Shown: positions 53,259 through 64,000 of the stretch, piece by piece | How the letters are laid out: every line of letters starts with the position of its first letter | Numbering within the stretch: the first letter of the stretch is position 1 | Source: Eledone cirrhosa | Taxonomy: Eukaryota | Direction of reading: 5' to 3' | NCBI GenBank assembly: GCA_964016885.1 | Contig: OZ024758.1 | Span: forward strand, 24,676,001-24,740,000 | DNA: 64,000 nucleotides | Position numbers and translations under genes: made by a program | Notes under the pieces: generated by a model | What the model was told of the DNA's origin: nothing | What the model saw: only the letters and a program-made list of their open reading frames with translations | Databases searched by the model: none

Positions 53259-53901
53259 CACATATGTATGTTATGTGTGTGTATATATGAATATGTGTGT
53301 GTGTATCCTGGGTTTAATTGGGGGTAACCACAGTAAGGAAGGTACTCAATACAAAGCAGAGTATACATTTTCTGATGATTTCCTTTGAATGAAACAGTTC
53401 TAGTCCGGTAGAAGCCATTTCTATATATATATATGTATATATACACACACACACACACATACATACATATATATGTATATACACACACACACGCATACAT
53501 ATATATATATATATGTATATATACACACACAAACACACATACACTTTTGAAATATTGCACTCAAGTCTGTAAATAATTTGTCTAGTATTAGAAAAAATAA
53601 ATAACAAAGACTAATAACAATAATAGTAACAATATTAGTCTTTTGGAATGGATTATTTACAATGAAAGATGGTTGTAGTAATACAGCCTTATGATGTAGT
53701 AAACAGGTTGTAGTAATACAGGGTGTAGTAATACAGCCTTATGATGTAGTAAACAGGTTGTAGTAATACAGTCTTATGAAGTAGTACTACAGCCTTATGA
53801 TGTAGTACTACAGGATGTAATAATACAGCTTTATGATGCATTGGTTCCACCTACAAAAACAACAGAGAAAGAAATTAGCTTTGATTATCATTAAAAACAG
53901 T

Positions 53902-55260
53902 TTAACCTTTTAATGTTCAAACTGGCCAGAATTCTCTACCTCTTTCTGTTGAAACTGGCTGTAACTAGTCGCTCAAACTGATGTTAAGGTATTGTTCTCA
54001 AAATAAATACTTTCAAAAGCTCATAGATTCGATATTATGTGAGATAATTATGTGAGGTAAAGCCTTTACCATGAAAATATAATAGTATATATAGAGTAAT
54101 GTGAATGCTAAAAGGTTAATTACTAGCATAAACACATTTATGGTTTTTTGTTAGTTTTAACCCTTTAGCATTCACATTACTCTATATTTACTATTGTATT
54201 TTTGGGGTAAAGGCTTTATCTCACATAATATCGAATCTATGAGATTTTGATATTATCTATTTTGAGAAGAATACCTTAACATAAGTATGAGTGGCTGGTT
54301 CCAGCCAGTTATTGCTGGTTTGAACAGAAAGAGGTGAGAGAATTCTGGCCAGATATGGCCAGTTTAAATGCTAAAAGGTCAAATTTTAATACAGCATAGG
54401 CAAACTACAAACATTATCATCACTATCATCACCACCACTACCACAATGACCATCGTTTTTACATTCATTGATCTATGCTGGTATGGGCTTGGACGATATG
54501 GTTTGAGACCATGTTTTCTAGCCAGATGCCCTTCATGATACCAACCCCTTCAGTGACATCTTACAACATGCAGGGACATGGTGCACCTATTCTAAAAACT
54601 GGGCTACACTGTATTGTGTTTGTATACTATATAATGTAATCTAGATTCCTAGTCAAAAGTGATTTTTAACTCTTAACCTTTTAATGTTCAAACCGGCCAA
54701 AACCGGCCAGAATTCTCTACCTTTTTCTGTTGAAACTGGCTGTAACTGGTCACTCAAACTGATGTTAGGGTATTGTTCTCAAAATAAATACTTTCAAAAT
54801 CTCATAGATTCAATATTATGTGAGATAATAATGTGAGATAAAGCATTTACCATAAAAAATAATAGTATATATAAAATAATGTGAATGCTAAAGGGTTAAC
54901 ATCCTGAAAGGATTTAGCAGAAAATAACTCAAAATGGTTTTGCCAATTCAAATGTTTACAGTATCTTTACTAGTGGAAAGATTGCTGTGAACATTTTCAG
55001 TAAACTTAAATGGGTCACTGTGACAGCCTATGGAAAATAGATGATTAACCCTTTAGCATTTATATTACTCTATATTTACTATTTTATTTTCAAGGTAAAG
55101 GCTTTATCTCACATAATATCGAATCTATGAGATTTTGAAATTATTTATTTTGAAAACAATACCTTAACATCAGTATGAGTGGCTAGTTACAGCCAGTTTG
55201 AACAGAAAGAGGTGAGTGAATACTGGTTGGATAGAGCTGGTTTAAATGCTAAAGGGCTAA
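53902..55260. mobile_element. Four piggyBac-type MITEs in alternating orientation
   Basis: 53902-54119 (+), 54157-54382 (-), 54673-54899 (+) and 55045-55260 (-). Confidence 0.85.
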
Positions 55261-56392
55261 AGAATAATATCAGATGCTGAAAGGATTTTGGATCAACAAT
55301 GACTTGTCTCACAATGGGACAACTCGTCTAACCCATGCTAGTGTAGAAAATGGACGTTAAACAGTGATGATGATGATGATGATGAATTTCCACCTAAAAC
55401 TCTTTCATTTTCTCTGAGCACTAGAATATGTTTTCTTTTATTAAAAACTTAAAGAGATGTATTGAGAAATTATATCAATATTTATATTTTTAACTGTTGG
55501 TCAATCAATGATAAGTATTGATTGCCAGCTAAATTATTTATAAAAATATAAAAACATACTGAAGCAAAAAAAAAAAGAAAAATATATATTTTCATTCTTA
55601 TATAATACAATATATTTTATACTTGGATAAACTTGTATTTAACAGAAAGAAATGCTTAAGAACTTTAAAGGAATGAGGTCATGATAGTTCAAAATTAGGC
55701 TACAGTTACAGACAGGAAGTCATAGTGAAACTCATTATGAATCAGCAGATGTATATTTAACAAATGCATTTATGTAACCAGTTCCAACAGAAATACTTGA
55801 TGAAAAGCAAGATGGAATTCTACTGACCATTCTGACAGCTGATTCACTGACAGCTTAGAAAAGTTAGAACTCTTTATGAAACATTTTACATATTTGTTAC
55901 CATATTTCTAATGAAATATAATATATATGAATTAATTAATTTTTCAATGTGGTCTACCCTTCGTGGTAGGGCCCGTACTGTAGATAGAACTCAATGTAAT
56001 CTGGTGGCAAGTAATTGTTTCCAAAGAAGACGGTCTGATCAAACCTATATATGAAGTCTGATAGTATACAGTTATATAACTGCTATATATCAGTCAATAT
56101 CTCAATATGATCAACCCTCCGAAACGATCGTAAAACAATGATATGAATAGGTAAAATAATTTGACTTTGTTGTTATTATTTTCATTGTTAAATTAATATT
56201 TGAATTAATTAATGAAGAATTTGAAAAGGATTTACTAAAATTATTAGTTACTTCATTATAAAGATTGTATTCGCAATATAACTTAACAAAAAGTTCTTAT
56301 ATTTTTAGAAGGGTCTAAAAACAATTATTAAGAAGTTCTTCTAGAAGAAAAAATTAGTGCAAGAGGCTTACATTATTATTATTCTCCATGAA

Positions 56393-56488
56393 TCAATATC
56401 GTAGCTGAAGTTGTAAACCAGTGTGAGGGTCTGGAACACATGTAGCTCCACATCTGCCACCACACAAACCTTGAACTAAGGTTTGGCC
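56393..56488 (-). CDS. GON-domain protein (ADAMTS9/20/GON-1-like), last coding exon
   Basis: Acceptor tttgtgtttcag. Encodes GQTLVQGLCGGRCGATCVPDPHTGLQLQLRY*, matching the GON C-terminal G.CGG.CG.C.P...TGL pattern. Confidence 0.88.
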   Translation of the reverse strand, partial: GQTLVQGLCGGRCGATCVPDPHTGLQLQLRY

Positions 56489-56974
56489 CTGAAACACAAA
56501 ATATAGGAAAAAATATTGAAGGCGTTAAAAATAAGATTGAAAATATTCCTAAAATCACTGCTGTACACACTAACTTATTAACCCTTTAGCATTTACATTA
56601 CTCTACATCTACTATTGTATTTTTGTGGTAAAGGCTTTATCTTACATAATTTCAAATCTATGAGATTTTGATGTTATATATTTTGAGAACAATACCTTAA
56701 TATCAGTATAAGCGGCTGGTTACAGCCAGTTTGAACAGAAACAGGTGAGAGAATTCTGGCTGGATATAGCTGGTTTAAATGCTAAAGGGTTAATGTTGAG
56801 CTTTTCTACATTTTTCATTAAAAGAGTTTACTGAGTTTGGGAGCTTAAAATATTGGATGCACAGCCATAGGTTATGAGGTCAAATACTACTGGAATTACA
56901 GTTGTCTTATTGAATAAAGGACATTTTTCAACCTGTTTTGGTTTCAATGGAATTTTTAGTACTTCAAATTAGAA

Positions 56975-57120
56975 TAGTGTGAGGAGATAGACAAGAGATT
57001 TGAACTCCTGATTGGAGGACGACAGGACATGGTTTCCCTCGATAGATTGAAACCAGCCAATCTTGATATCGACAGCCCTGTTCATGTAGCTCAACCACCA
57101 AACTGGCTGTCCAAGGAAAG
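56975..57120 (+). mobile_element. Gypsy LTR-retrotransposon integrase C-terminal fragment
   Basis: FELLIGGRQDMVSLDRLKPANLDIDSPVHVAQPP (VS.DRLKP motif). Confidence 0.7.
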
Positions 57121-57244
57121 TCACATTGACCCCTAATGAAGAGCAGTCATCCATGACGACTATTAACAATGGTGAAAAATAAATGAGCACATTAAAAAAA
57201 ACCTGGTGAAATCCTACACAAATTAATACAAATTCAATACAAAC

Positions 57245-57349
57245 CTTAGAAATTGAAACTCTGTGTTGATATTTTTCATCTGTTGATATCCATTTAGTAT
57301 TTGGAGAAATTATAAAATCTGTCCCTGATAAGTCAATTCGGAATTGTCC
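57245..57349 (-). CDS. GON-domain protein, penultimate coding exon
   Basis: 105 nt, AG/GT, phase 0/0. Encodes GQFRIDLSGTDFIISPNTKWISTDEKYQHRVSISK (G.F.I.L.GT......KW). Upstream exons were not found and are presumably beyond 64000. Confidence 0.85.
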
Positions 57350-57897
57350 CTTAAAATAAAATAAAATCTTCATTGCAAAAGTAATAATTATTTCATGTTA
57401 GATTTTCATAGCTGTTTTGTATGATAACACATGCAACATGTGGGTATGTATGGGTGTGTATATATATATAAGTGCCAAGAAATACCGGTGGAAGGAAGAC
57501 ACAGTTGAAGAAGACCACGAGAAACATAGGTGGAGATGGTGAGAGGGACAGACTCTACACCTATGCCTAGGTGATGTATCTCAGGTGTATCCTACAGACA
57601 AGATGGCAAAAGCATTGCCAGAGAGTGGTGAGAGCTGACCTCAGATCGCTGAAGCTCACAGAGGAGATGATGAAGGACCGTGACGAATGGAGAGCTGCTG
57701 TGCTGAAGAGGACCTGTCCCACCCTTGCAAGCAAGGAAAAGCAAACATGAAACGATGATGATATATATATATATAAGCAGAAGGGATATTTAATTTGTTG
57801 GTAATTCAACAAATATAAATGTTTATAACTGATTCAGAGCACTCGACAGATTTCTGGAGTAAATATTGAATGATATTAAATAAATAGAAACTATATT

Positions 57898-57959
57898 TAT
57901 TCTATTATATATATTTCAAGGGTACCAAAAACTTTGGTATGCTTTCATCAGATAAAATA
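57898..57959 (-). ncRNA. Minimal type I hammerhead ribozyme
   Basis: Minus strand reads tattttat-CTGATGA-aagcataccaaa/gtt/tttggtaccctt-GAAA-tatataTA-atagaata. Confidence 0.75.
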
Positions 57960-58043
57960 CAAAATGTGTTTTATAAATTTTGACATAGCCAACAATTGAT
58001 AAGGTATGTTCCTTGGCTATGTCAAAATTTATAAAACACACTG

Positions 58044-58105
58044 TATTTTATCTGATGAAAGCGTACCAAAGATTTTGGTACCCTTGAAATATATATAATA
58101 GAATA
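58044..58105 (+). ncRNA. Minimal type I hammerhead ribozyme
   Basis: tattttat-CTGATGA-aagcgtaccaaa/gat/tttggtaccctt-GAAA-tatataTA-atagaata. Confidence 0.8.
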
Positions 58106-58560
58106 AATATGGTTTTATAAATATAGTTTCCATTTTTTTAATATCATTATATATATATATATATTTATTAAAATAGCAGATTAAAGTTTAAGCAAAGAAT
58201 CGCTGCTTTCACCCTTAACAGGATCTTCTGAAAATATTTGCTCTATGGTTCTTATATATTTGATATATATTTATCTTTATCGAACCCTCTTTGGATTTTA
58301 GTCTTCAAATTTATTATTATTGCTATATATATATAAAGGAACGATCGACTTTCGTCACATCGGACCTAGGAAACAATGTTTCCGTTGGTCTTTCCAATTG
58401 CTAATACTATCTATCGGTCGCAACTCCAGGTAGAAGGAGCAACGTGAAATAAAGTGTCTTGCTCAAGGACATAACACATCGCCTGGTCCAGGAATCGCAG
58501 GAATCGAACTCACAACCTCACAATTGCGAATCCAATTCTCTAAACCACTCAGCCACACGC

Positions 58561-58787
<227 letters not shown>

Positions 58788-59401
58788 TCAGTTCAAAACA
58801 GTGGCGTTACACAGATACTCAAGTATCATTGGGTTTAACACCATATTCTACAACAATATATATATTTATATATAACTATTAAAACCGGTTACTACAACAG
58901 AATCATACCAGGTTTGATATAGCTCTGTTGGAGTAACTGGCCTTTAAAATTATATTAAAACTCCTCCAACAGATTTGAGTTGCTCTCTACCTTGGATATT
59001 TCTAACAAGTTACTACAATATCATCATCATCATCATCATCAACGTTTAACGTCCGTGTTCCACGCTTGCATGGGTTTGGACGGGGGTAGTCCCACTTGAG
59101 GCAAGAGTGATTGTCTTGCTCGCATAGGACTGTCTGGCAGGTTTTCTACAGTTGGATGCCCTTCCTAACACCAACCACATTTACAGTGTGGGTCTGGGAG
59201 GTTTTTACCGTGTTGCCTACACGGCCACATTACAGCGTGGACTGTCTGTTTTTTTGTCGTGACACCTACACGATCTCATTTGTTTCGGCCTATGGCGCGG
59301 CACCAACATAACTTTACACAGAACGGGGTGGGGTGGTGGTGGTGGGACGGGGTGTATTTTGTTAGAGATGCCTACTGGTTGGAGTAGGTTTTACTATATA
59401 T

Positions 59402-59655
59402 TTAGGTAAGGCGGGTCTTCTCTGTTACTGAGTACCGCCAAAGGTCTCGGTCCAGTGACATTGTCTTGGAGAGGTGTAAGTGTGTGATGTCAGAGTTTAT
59501 CAGCTCGTCCCAGGTTTTTCTAGGTCTGCCTATTCCGTGACTACCGTCTATCTTTATTGCCCTGCACTTTGTTATACAGCTATCGACTTTCATGCGCATC
59601 ACGTGTCCATACCAACGTGTCCATACCATGCGCATCACGTGTCCATACCAACGTA
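59402..59655 (-). mobile_element. RTE-like LINE 3' fragment
   Basis: RWYGHVMRM...GRPRKTWDELI...DRDLWR. Confidence 0.8.
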
Positions 59656-60870
59656 TATATATATGGAGAGATGCTGTGCTGAATAAGACCCGTCCCATCC
59701 TTGCAAGCAGGGAAAAGCGGACGTAAAATGATGATGATGATGATGATGATGATGATATGGTAGTAATTCCCGGACCGGGCGATGCGTTATGTCCTTGAGC
59801 AAGACACTTTATTTCACGTTGCTCCTTCTGCCTGGAGTTGCGACCGATAGATAGTACTAGCAATTGGAAAGACCAATGGAAACATTGTTTCCTCGGTCCG
59901 ATTTGACGAAAGTCGATCGTTCCTAATATGGTAGTATTGGTAGAGTAAATGGGTGGTGGATTGGTAGAGTGTCGGACAATATGCTTTGCGGCACAGAGTT
60001 ATAACTCTTTACATTCTGCTGAGGTTAGCTTTGCCTTTCATCCTTAAGGGGCCGATAAAATAAAGTACCAGTTATGCACTGGGGTTGATTAAATTGACAT
60101 TCCCCTTCCCCACAATTGTTAGCCTTGTTGCCTCAATCAGAAACCATTTTTGCCTTTCATCCTTACGGGGTCGATAAAATACAGTACCAGTAATACACTG
60201 GGGTAACTGCTGCCCTTGTGCCAAAAGTAGAAACAATTATTAGTATTTATGATGTAAGAGTGAGAAGGATAACCTTTAATGTCGAGGTTAACTTTGCCTT
60301 TCATCCTTACGGGTGTCGATAAAATACAGTACCAGTAATACACTGGGGTAACTGCTGCCCTTGTGCCAAAAGTAGAAACAATTATTAGTATTTATGATGT
60401 AAGAGTGAGAAGGATAACCTTTAATGTCGAGGTTAACTTTGCCTTTCATCCTTACGGGGGTCGATAAAATAAAGTACCAGTAATACACTGGGATAATTGC
60501 TAGCCTTGTGCCAAAAGTAGAAACCATTATTAGTATTTATGATGTATGAGTGAGAAGGATAACCTTTCATACTTCAGCTGATGAAGCAGAGGTTATACTC
60601 AGAATTCAAAGAGAAGAGAATCAAGTTACAAACATAATTACATTTAACAAGTTCCACCCAAGTTAGGGAATGGGGAAAATGATTGTTTCTACAATTTGAA
60701 GAGGAGGGCAAAGTCGATAAATTGATCTCAGTGCATTACTGGTGCGTTATTTTATTGCCCCAGAAAGCCAAAGCCAACCTCAGCGGGATTTGAACTCAGA
60801 ATGTAAAGGGCCGGAACTCTGTCATGAAGCATGGTGTCAGATGCTCTACCGATTCTGCCAATCCACTGCC

Positions 60871-61135
60871 CAGAGTTGGGATTTATGTATAAGCTAAACA
60901 AGCTATAGCTTAGGGCCCCCACTCTCTTAGGGCCCCGAAAAAAATTGAAAAAAAAAACGGTGTGTACATTTCCAAAATATAAGATAAAAAAGAACTAAAA
61001 TAATGCAATAGTTTTAAACAGTTTTCTGCTTTAATATTGAACGTTTTGCAGTTTTTATAACATTTTTTTATATTATATAAAGGGCCCCATTATCTCAAAT
61101 AGCTTAGGGCCTCATCAAATCTAAATCCGGCCCTG
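60871..61135. mobile_element. hAT-type MITE
   Basis: cagagttgggattta...taaatccggccctg termini, with an 8-bp TSD ccactgcc on both sides. Confidence 0.75.
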
Positions 61136-61516
61136 CCACTGCCCATGGGAAAACAATGAATACCAAACATCAAAGGTGTGTAAAAAGAGATCAGGTTGGA
61201 CAGAGGGAGAAGAATGATATTTTGCTTTTACTATGCTATTCAGAACAAGAAGCATATTTAACCCTTTATCATTTAAACCGGCTGTATCCGGCTGTACTCA
61301 ATACGCTTGGCCATATGTGGGTTAGTGAAGCTATTTAACCCATATGTATGTATGTGTGTGTGTATATATATACATATCTGTATATATGGAAAGTTATATT
61401 TAAATTGTTGGGTTACAACGAGTAAATATTTATAACTGATATAAAAGCACTCAACAAGTATTTGGAGTATATTTACGATATTAAATAAATGGAAACTATA
61501 TTTATAAAACCATATT

Positions 61517-61581
61517 TATTTCATATATAAATTTCAGGGATATCATATTAACAATATGTTATGCCTTCTTCAGACAAAATA
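61517..61581 (-). ncRNA. Hammerhead mirror copy with an altered stem III and cleavage region
   Basis: Reads GAAA-tttatat-atgaaata instead of GAAA-tatatata-atgaaata. Confidence 0.55.
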
Positions 61582-61718
61582 CAATATAGACAGTTTTATA
61601 AATAAATAGATTTGACATACCTTTCAACATCGACTTGCATTATCAAATCAACTTTTCAAATGCAAGTCGATGTTGAAAGGTATGTCAAATCTATTTATTT
61701 ATAAAACTGTCTATATTG

Positions 61719-61784
61719 TATTTTGTCTGAAGAAGGCATAACATATTGTTAATATGATATCCCTGAAATATATATAATGAAATA
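61719..61784 (+). ncRNA. Minimal type I hammerhead ribozyme (CUGAAGA core)
   Basis: tattttgt-CTGAAGA-aggcataacatatt/gtt/aatatgatatccct-GAAA-tatataTA-atgaaata. Confidence 0.8.
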
Positions 61785-62020
61785 AATATGGTTTTATAAA
61801 TATAGTTTCCATTTATTTAATATCATATCTGTATATATATATATATATATATATAGGAAAATGTTTAACCCCGACGGCAGAGCTCAAGCCGTTCCGACGG
61901 CTAATTCTGGACTATATATATATAAGCAGAAGGGATATTCAATTTGTTGGTAATTCAACAAATATAAATATAAACTGATTCAGAGCCCACTCGACAGGTT
62001 TTCTGGAGTATAATATTCAA

Positions 62021-63088
62021 TCTATATATATAAAACTGAGGTTGTCTGTCTGTCTATCGATTTTTGGCACACATCTCCTCTTAGAATCTCTCACGGAATT
62101 GCACCGAAATTGTTATACTTGTACATTGAGCCCTAGCGAAGACATCGGAAAAAAAAATATTTCAAATTGACCCGCCCTATCTGACGAAATCGAATATAAT
62201 GTATCGATTTTTGAGCGTAAGTGATGAGTTATTTCCCTTTGTTCTGTTTACATTCAGCGTAGCGTCTTACGTTCTGTTTACATTTTCTGCGTGCAAAAAT
62301 TAAAAAAATTACGCTGGCAAAAATTAAAAAAATTACGCTGGCTTTCTCAGCGTTTAAAATGACATTAACACAATACGCGAACAGTTGTCGAGCCAGCAAA
62401 ATTTTGACCTGCAAAATTCATCAGTTCGAACACTAAACTTCCGTTTTGCTTCATTTCCATTTAAAAGCCTTTTAAAAACAATATTTTTACTTGAAAACAA
62501 GTCTATTTAAAGACTACGTAAAACAAGCAAATATTTCGTAAAAAAAAGCAAAAATTATATAAGTTTATTTAAAATATATGTATCTGTAAATTTCGTTAGG
62601 CGTGCAGAGAGGTGATATACGCGTGCAGGCAGACAGTCGTGCAGAGAGGTGATATACGCGTGCAGACAGATAGTCGTGCAGAGAGGTGATATACGCGTGC
62701 AGACAGATAGTCGTGCAGAGAGGTGATATACGCGTGCAGACAGATAGTCGTGCAGAGAGGTGATATAGGCGTGCAGACAGACATAACTGATAATTTGGTT
62801 ACGCTAATGTTTTTCTCTGCGTTGCAGTGTTTACATTTTCGATCTTTGTTAATAAATAACCAGTGCAGTTTTTATCCCCAGCATCCTCTTTTGTTATAAC
62901 ATTCGGGTTATCGTTATGTTTTCTTAACTTCATAAGGCATATTGTTGGTTGAGGGAATATTAATCAAAAACACCACATGCAAGTCTGCACAGTAGACACT
63001 ACAGTTTTTAAACCAAAAAAGAAACTTAACATTGTAACTTTAAGACAGCTACTGAGCGACCCCGAGCAACGCCGGGCTTTACTGCTAG
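62021..63088 (+). mobile_element. Non-autonomous Helitron, copy 1
   Basis: A|TC 5' end, subterminal hairpin cccgagcaacgccggg, CTAG|T 3' end and no TSD. An internal minisatellite of about 37 bp lies at 62600-62782. Confidence 0.88.
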
Positions 63089-63091
63089 TGA

Positions 63092-64000
63092 TCTATATAT
63101 ATAAAACTGTGGTTGCCTGTCTGTCTATCGATTTTTGGCACACATCTCCTCTTAGAATCTCTCACGGAATTGCACCGAAATTGCTATACTTGTACATTGA
63201 GCCCTAGTGAAGACATCGGAAAAAAAAAAAATTTCAAATTGACCCACCCTATGTGACGAAATCGAATATAATGTATCGATTTTTTAGCGTAAGTTATCAG
63301 TTATTTCCCTTTGTTCTGTTTACATTGAGCGTCTTACGTAAAAAATTACGCTGGCTTTAACAGTTGTCGAGCCAGCAAAATATTGACCTGCAAAATTCAT
63401 CAGTTCGAACACTAAGCTTCCGTTTTGCTTCATTTCCATTTAAAAGCATTTTAAAACAATATTTTTACTTGAAAACAAGTCTATTTAAAGAATACGTAAA
63501 ACAAGCAAATATTTCGTCGTTAGGCGTGCAGACAGACAGTCGTGCAGAGAGGTGATATACGCGTGCAGACAGACAGTCGTGCAGAGAGGTGATATAGGCG
63601 TGCAGAGAGGTGATATAGGCATGCAGACAGACAGTCGTGCAGAGAGGTGATATAGGCGTGCAGACAGACAGTCGTGCAGAGAGGTGATATAGGCGTGCAG
63701 ACAGACAGTCGTGCAGAGAGGTGATATAGGCGTGCAGACAGACATAACTGATAATTTGGTTACGCTAATGTTTTTCTCTGCGTTGCAGTGTTTACATTTT
63801 CGATCTTTGTTAATAAATAACCAGTGCAGTTTCTATCCCCAGCATCCTCTTTTGTTATAACATTCGGGTTATCGTTATGTTTTCTTAACTTCATAAGGCA
63901 TATTGTTGGTTGAGGGAATATTAATCAAAAACACCACATGCAAGTCTGCACAGTAGACACTACAGTTTTTAAGCCAAGAAAGAAACTTAACATTGTAACT
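63092..64000 (+). mobile_element. Non-autonomous Helitron, copy 2 (runs off the window)
   Basis: A|TCTATATATATAAAACTG start. Colinear with copy 1 but with indels and substitutions. Confidence 0.85.

Larger units (their letters stand above)
57775..58148. mobile_element. Hammerhead foldback element (tail plus inverted arms) in (TA)n
   Basis: The tail 57775-57868 matches the reverse complement of 31527-31620. Arms lie at about 57869-57992 and 58012-58148. Confidence 0.8.
61388..61824. mobile_element. Hammerhead foldback element, diverged subfamily
   Basis: Tail at about 61388-61476. Near-perfect arms of about 165 bp span 61477-61824 around a loop of about 17 nt. (TA)n flanks. Confidence 0.8.

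Noticed and set aside
56969-57373. 134-aa minus-strand ORF as a single gene
   Set aside because: Only 57245-57349 is exon. The rest is intron read-through, partly antisense to a Gypsy fragment.

Overview
AT-rich, repeat-dense eukaryotic DNA. The SINE types and compound CA/TA microsatellites suggest an octopod cephalopod, which is an inference. Two spliced minus-strand genes can be built by hand. The first is a complete 11-exon PPM1H/J/M-type PP2C phosphatase (35057..7791, 1524 nt including stop, 507 aa, all introns GT-AG and phase-consistent). The second is the last two coding exons of a GON-domain protein of the ADAMTS9/20/GON-1 type (57349..56393). The remainder holds tRNA-derived SINEs, piggyBac, mariner and hAT MITEs, LINE, CRE, Tx1 and Gypsy fragments, two adjacent Helitrons and many tandem repeats, including a 4.65 kb 25-bp satellite. 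The most notable signal is a set of non-coding foldback elements, most of them inserted in (TA)n tracts (about 1.7, 31-32, 57.8 and 61.5 kb). Each carries a type I hammerhead ribozyme in each arm, one per strand, plus an asymmetric tail. Three sequence variants keep the same fold, and a fourth solitary hammerhead lies at 34.3 kb. They resemble Penelope-like or retrozyme-type non-autonomous elements. Most ORFs in the supplied track are microsatellite or repeat artefacts. Repeat boundaries were read by eye and are approximate.
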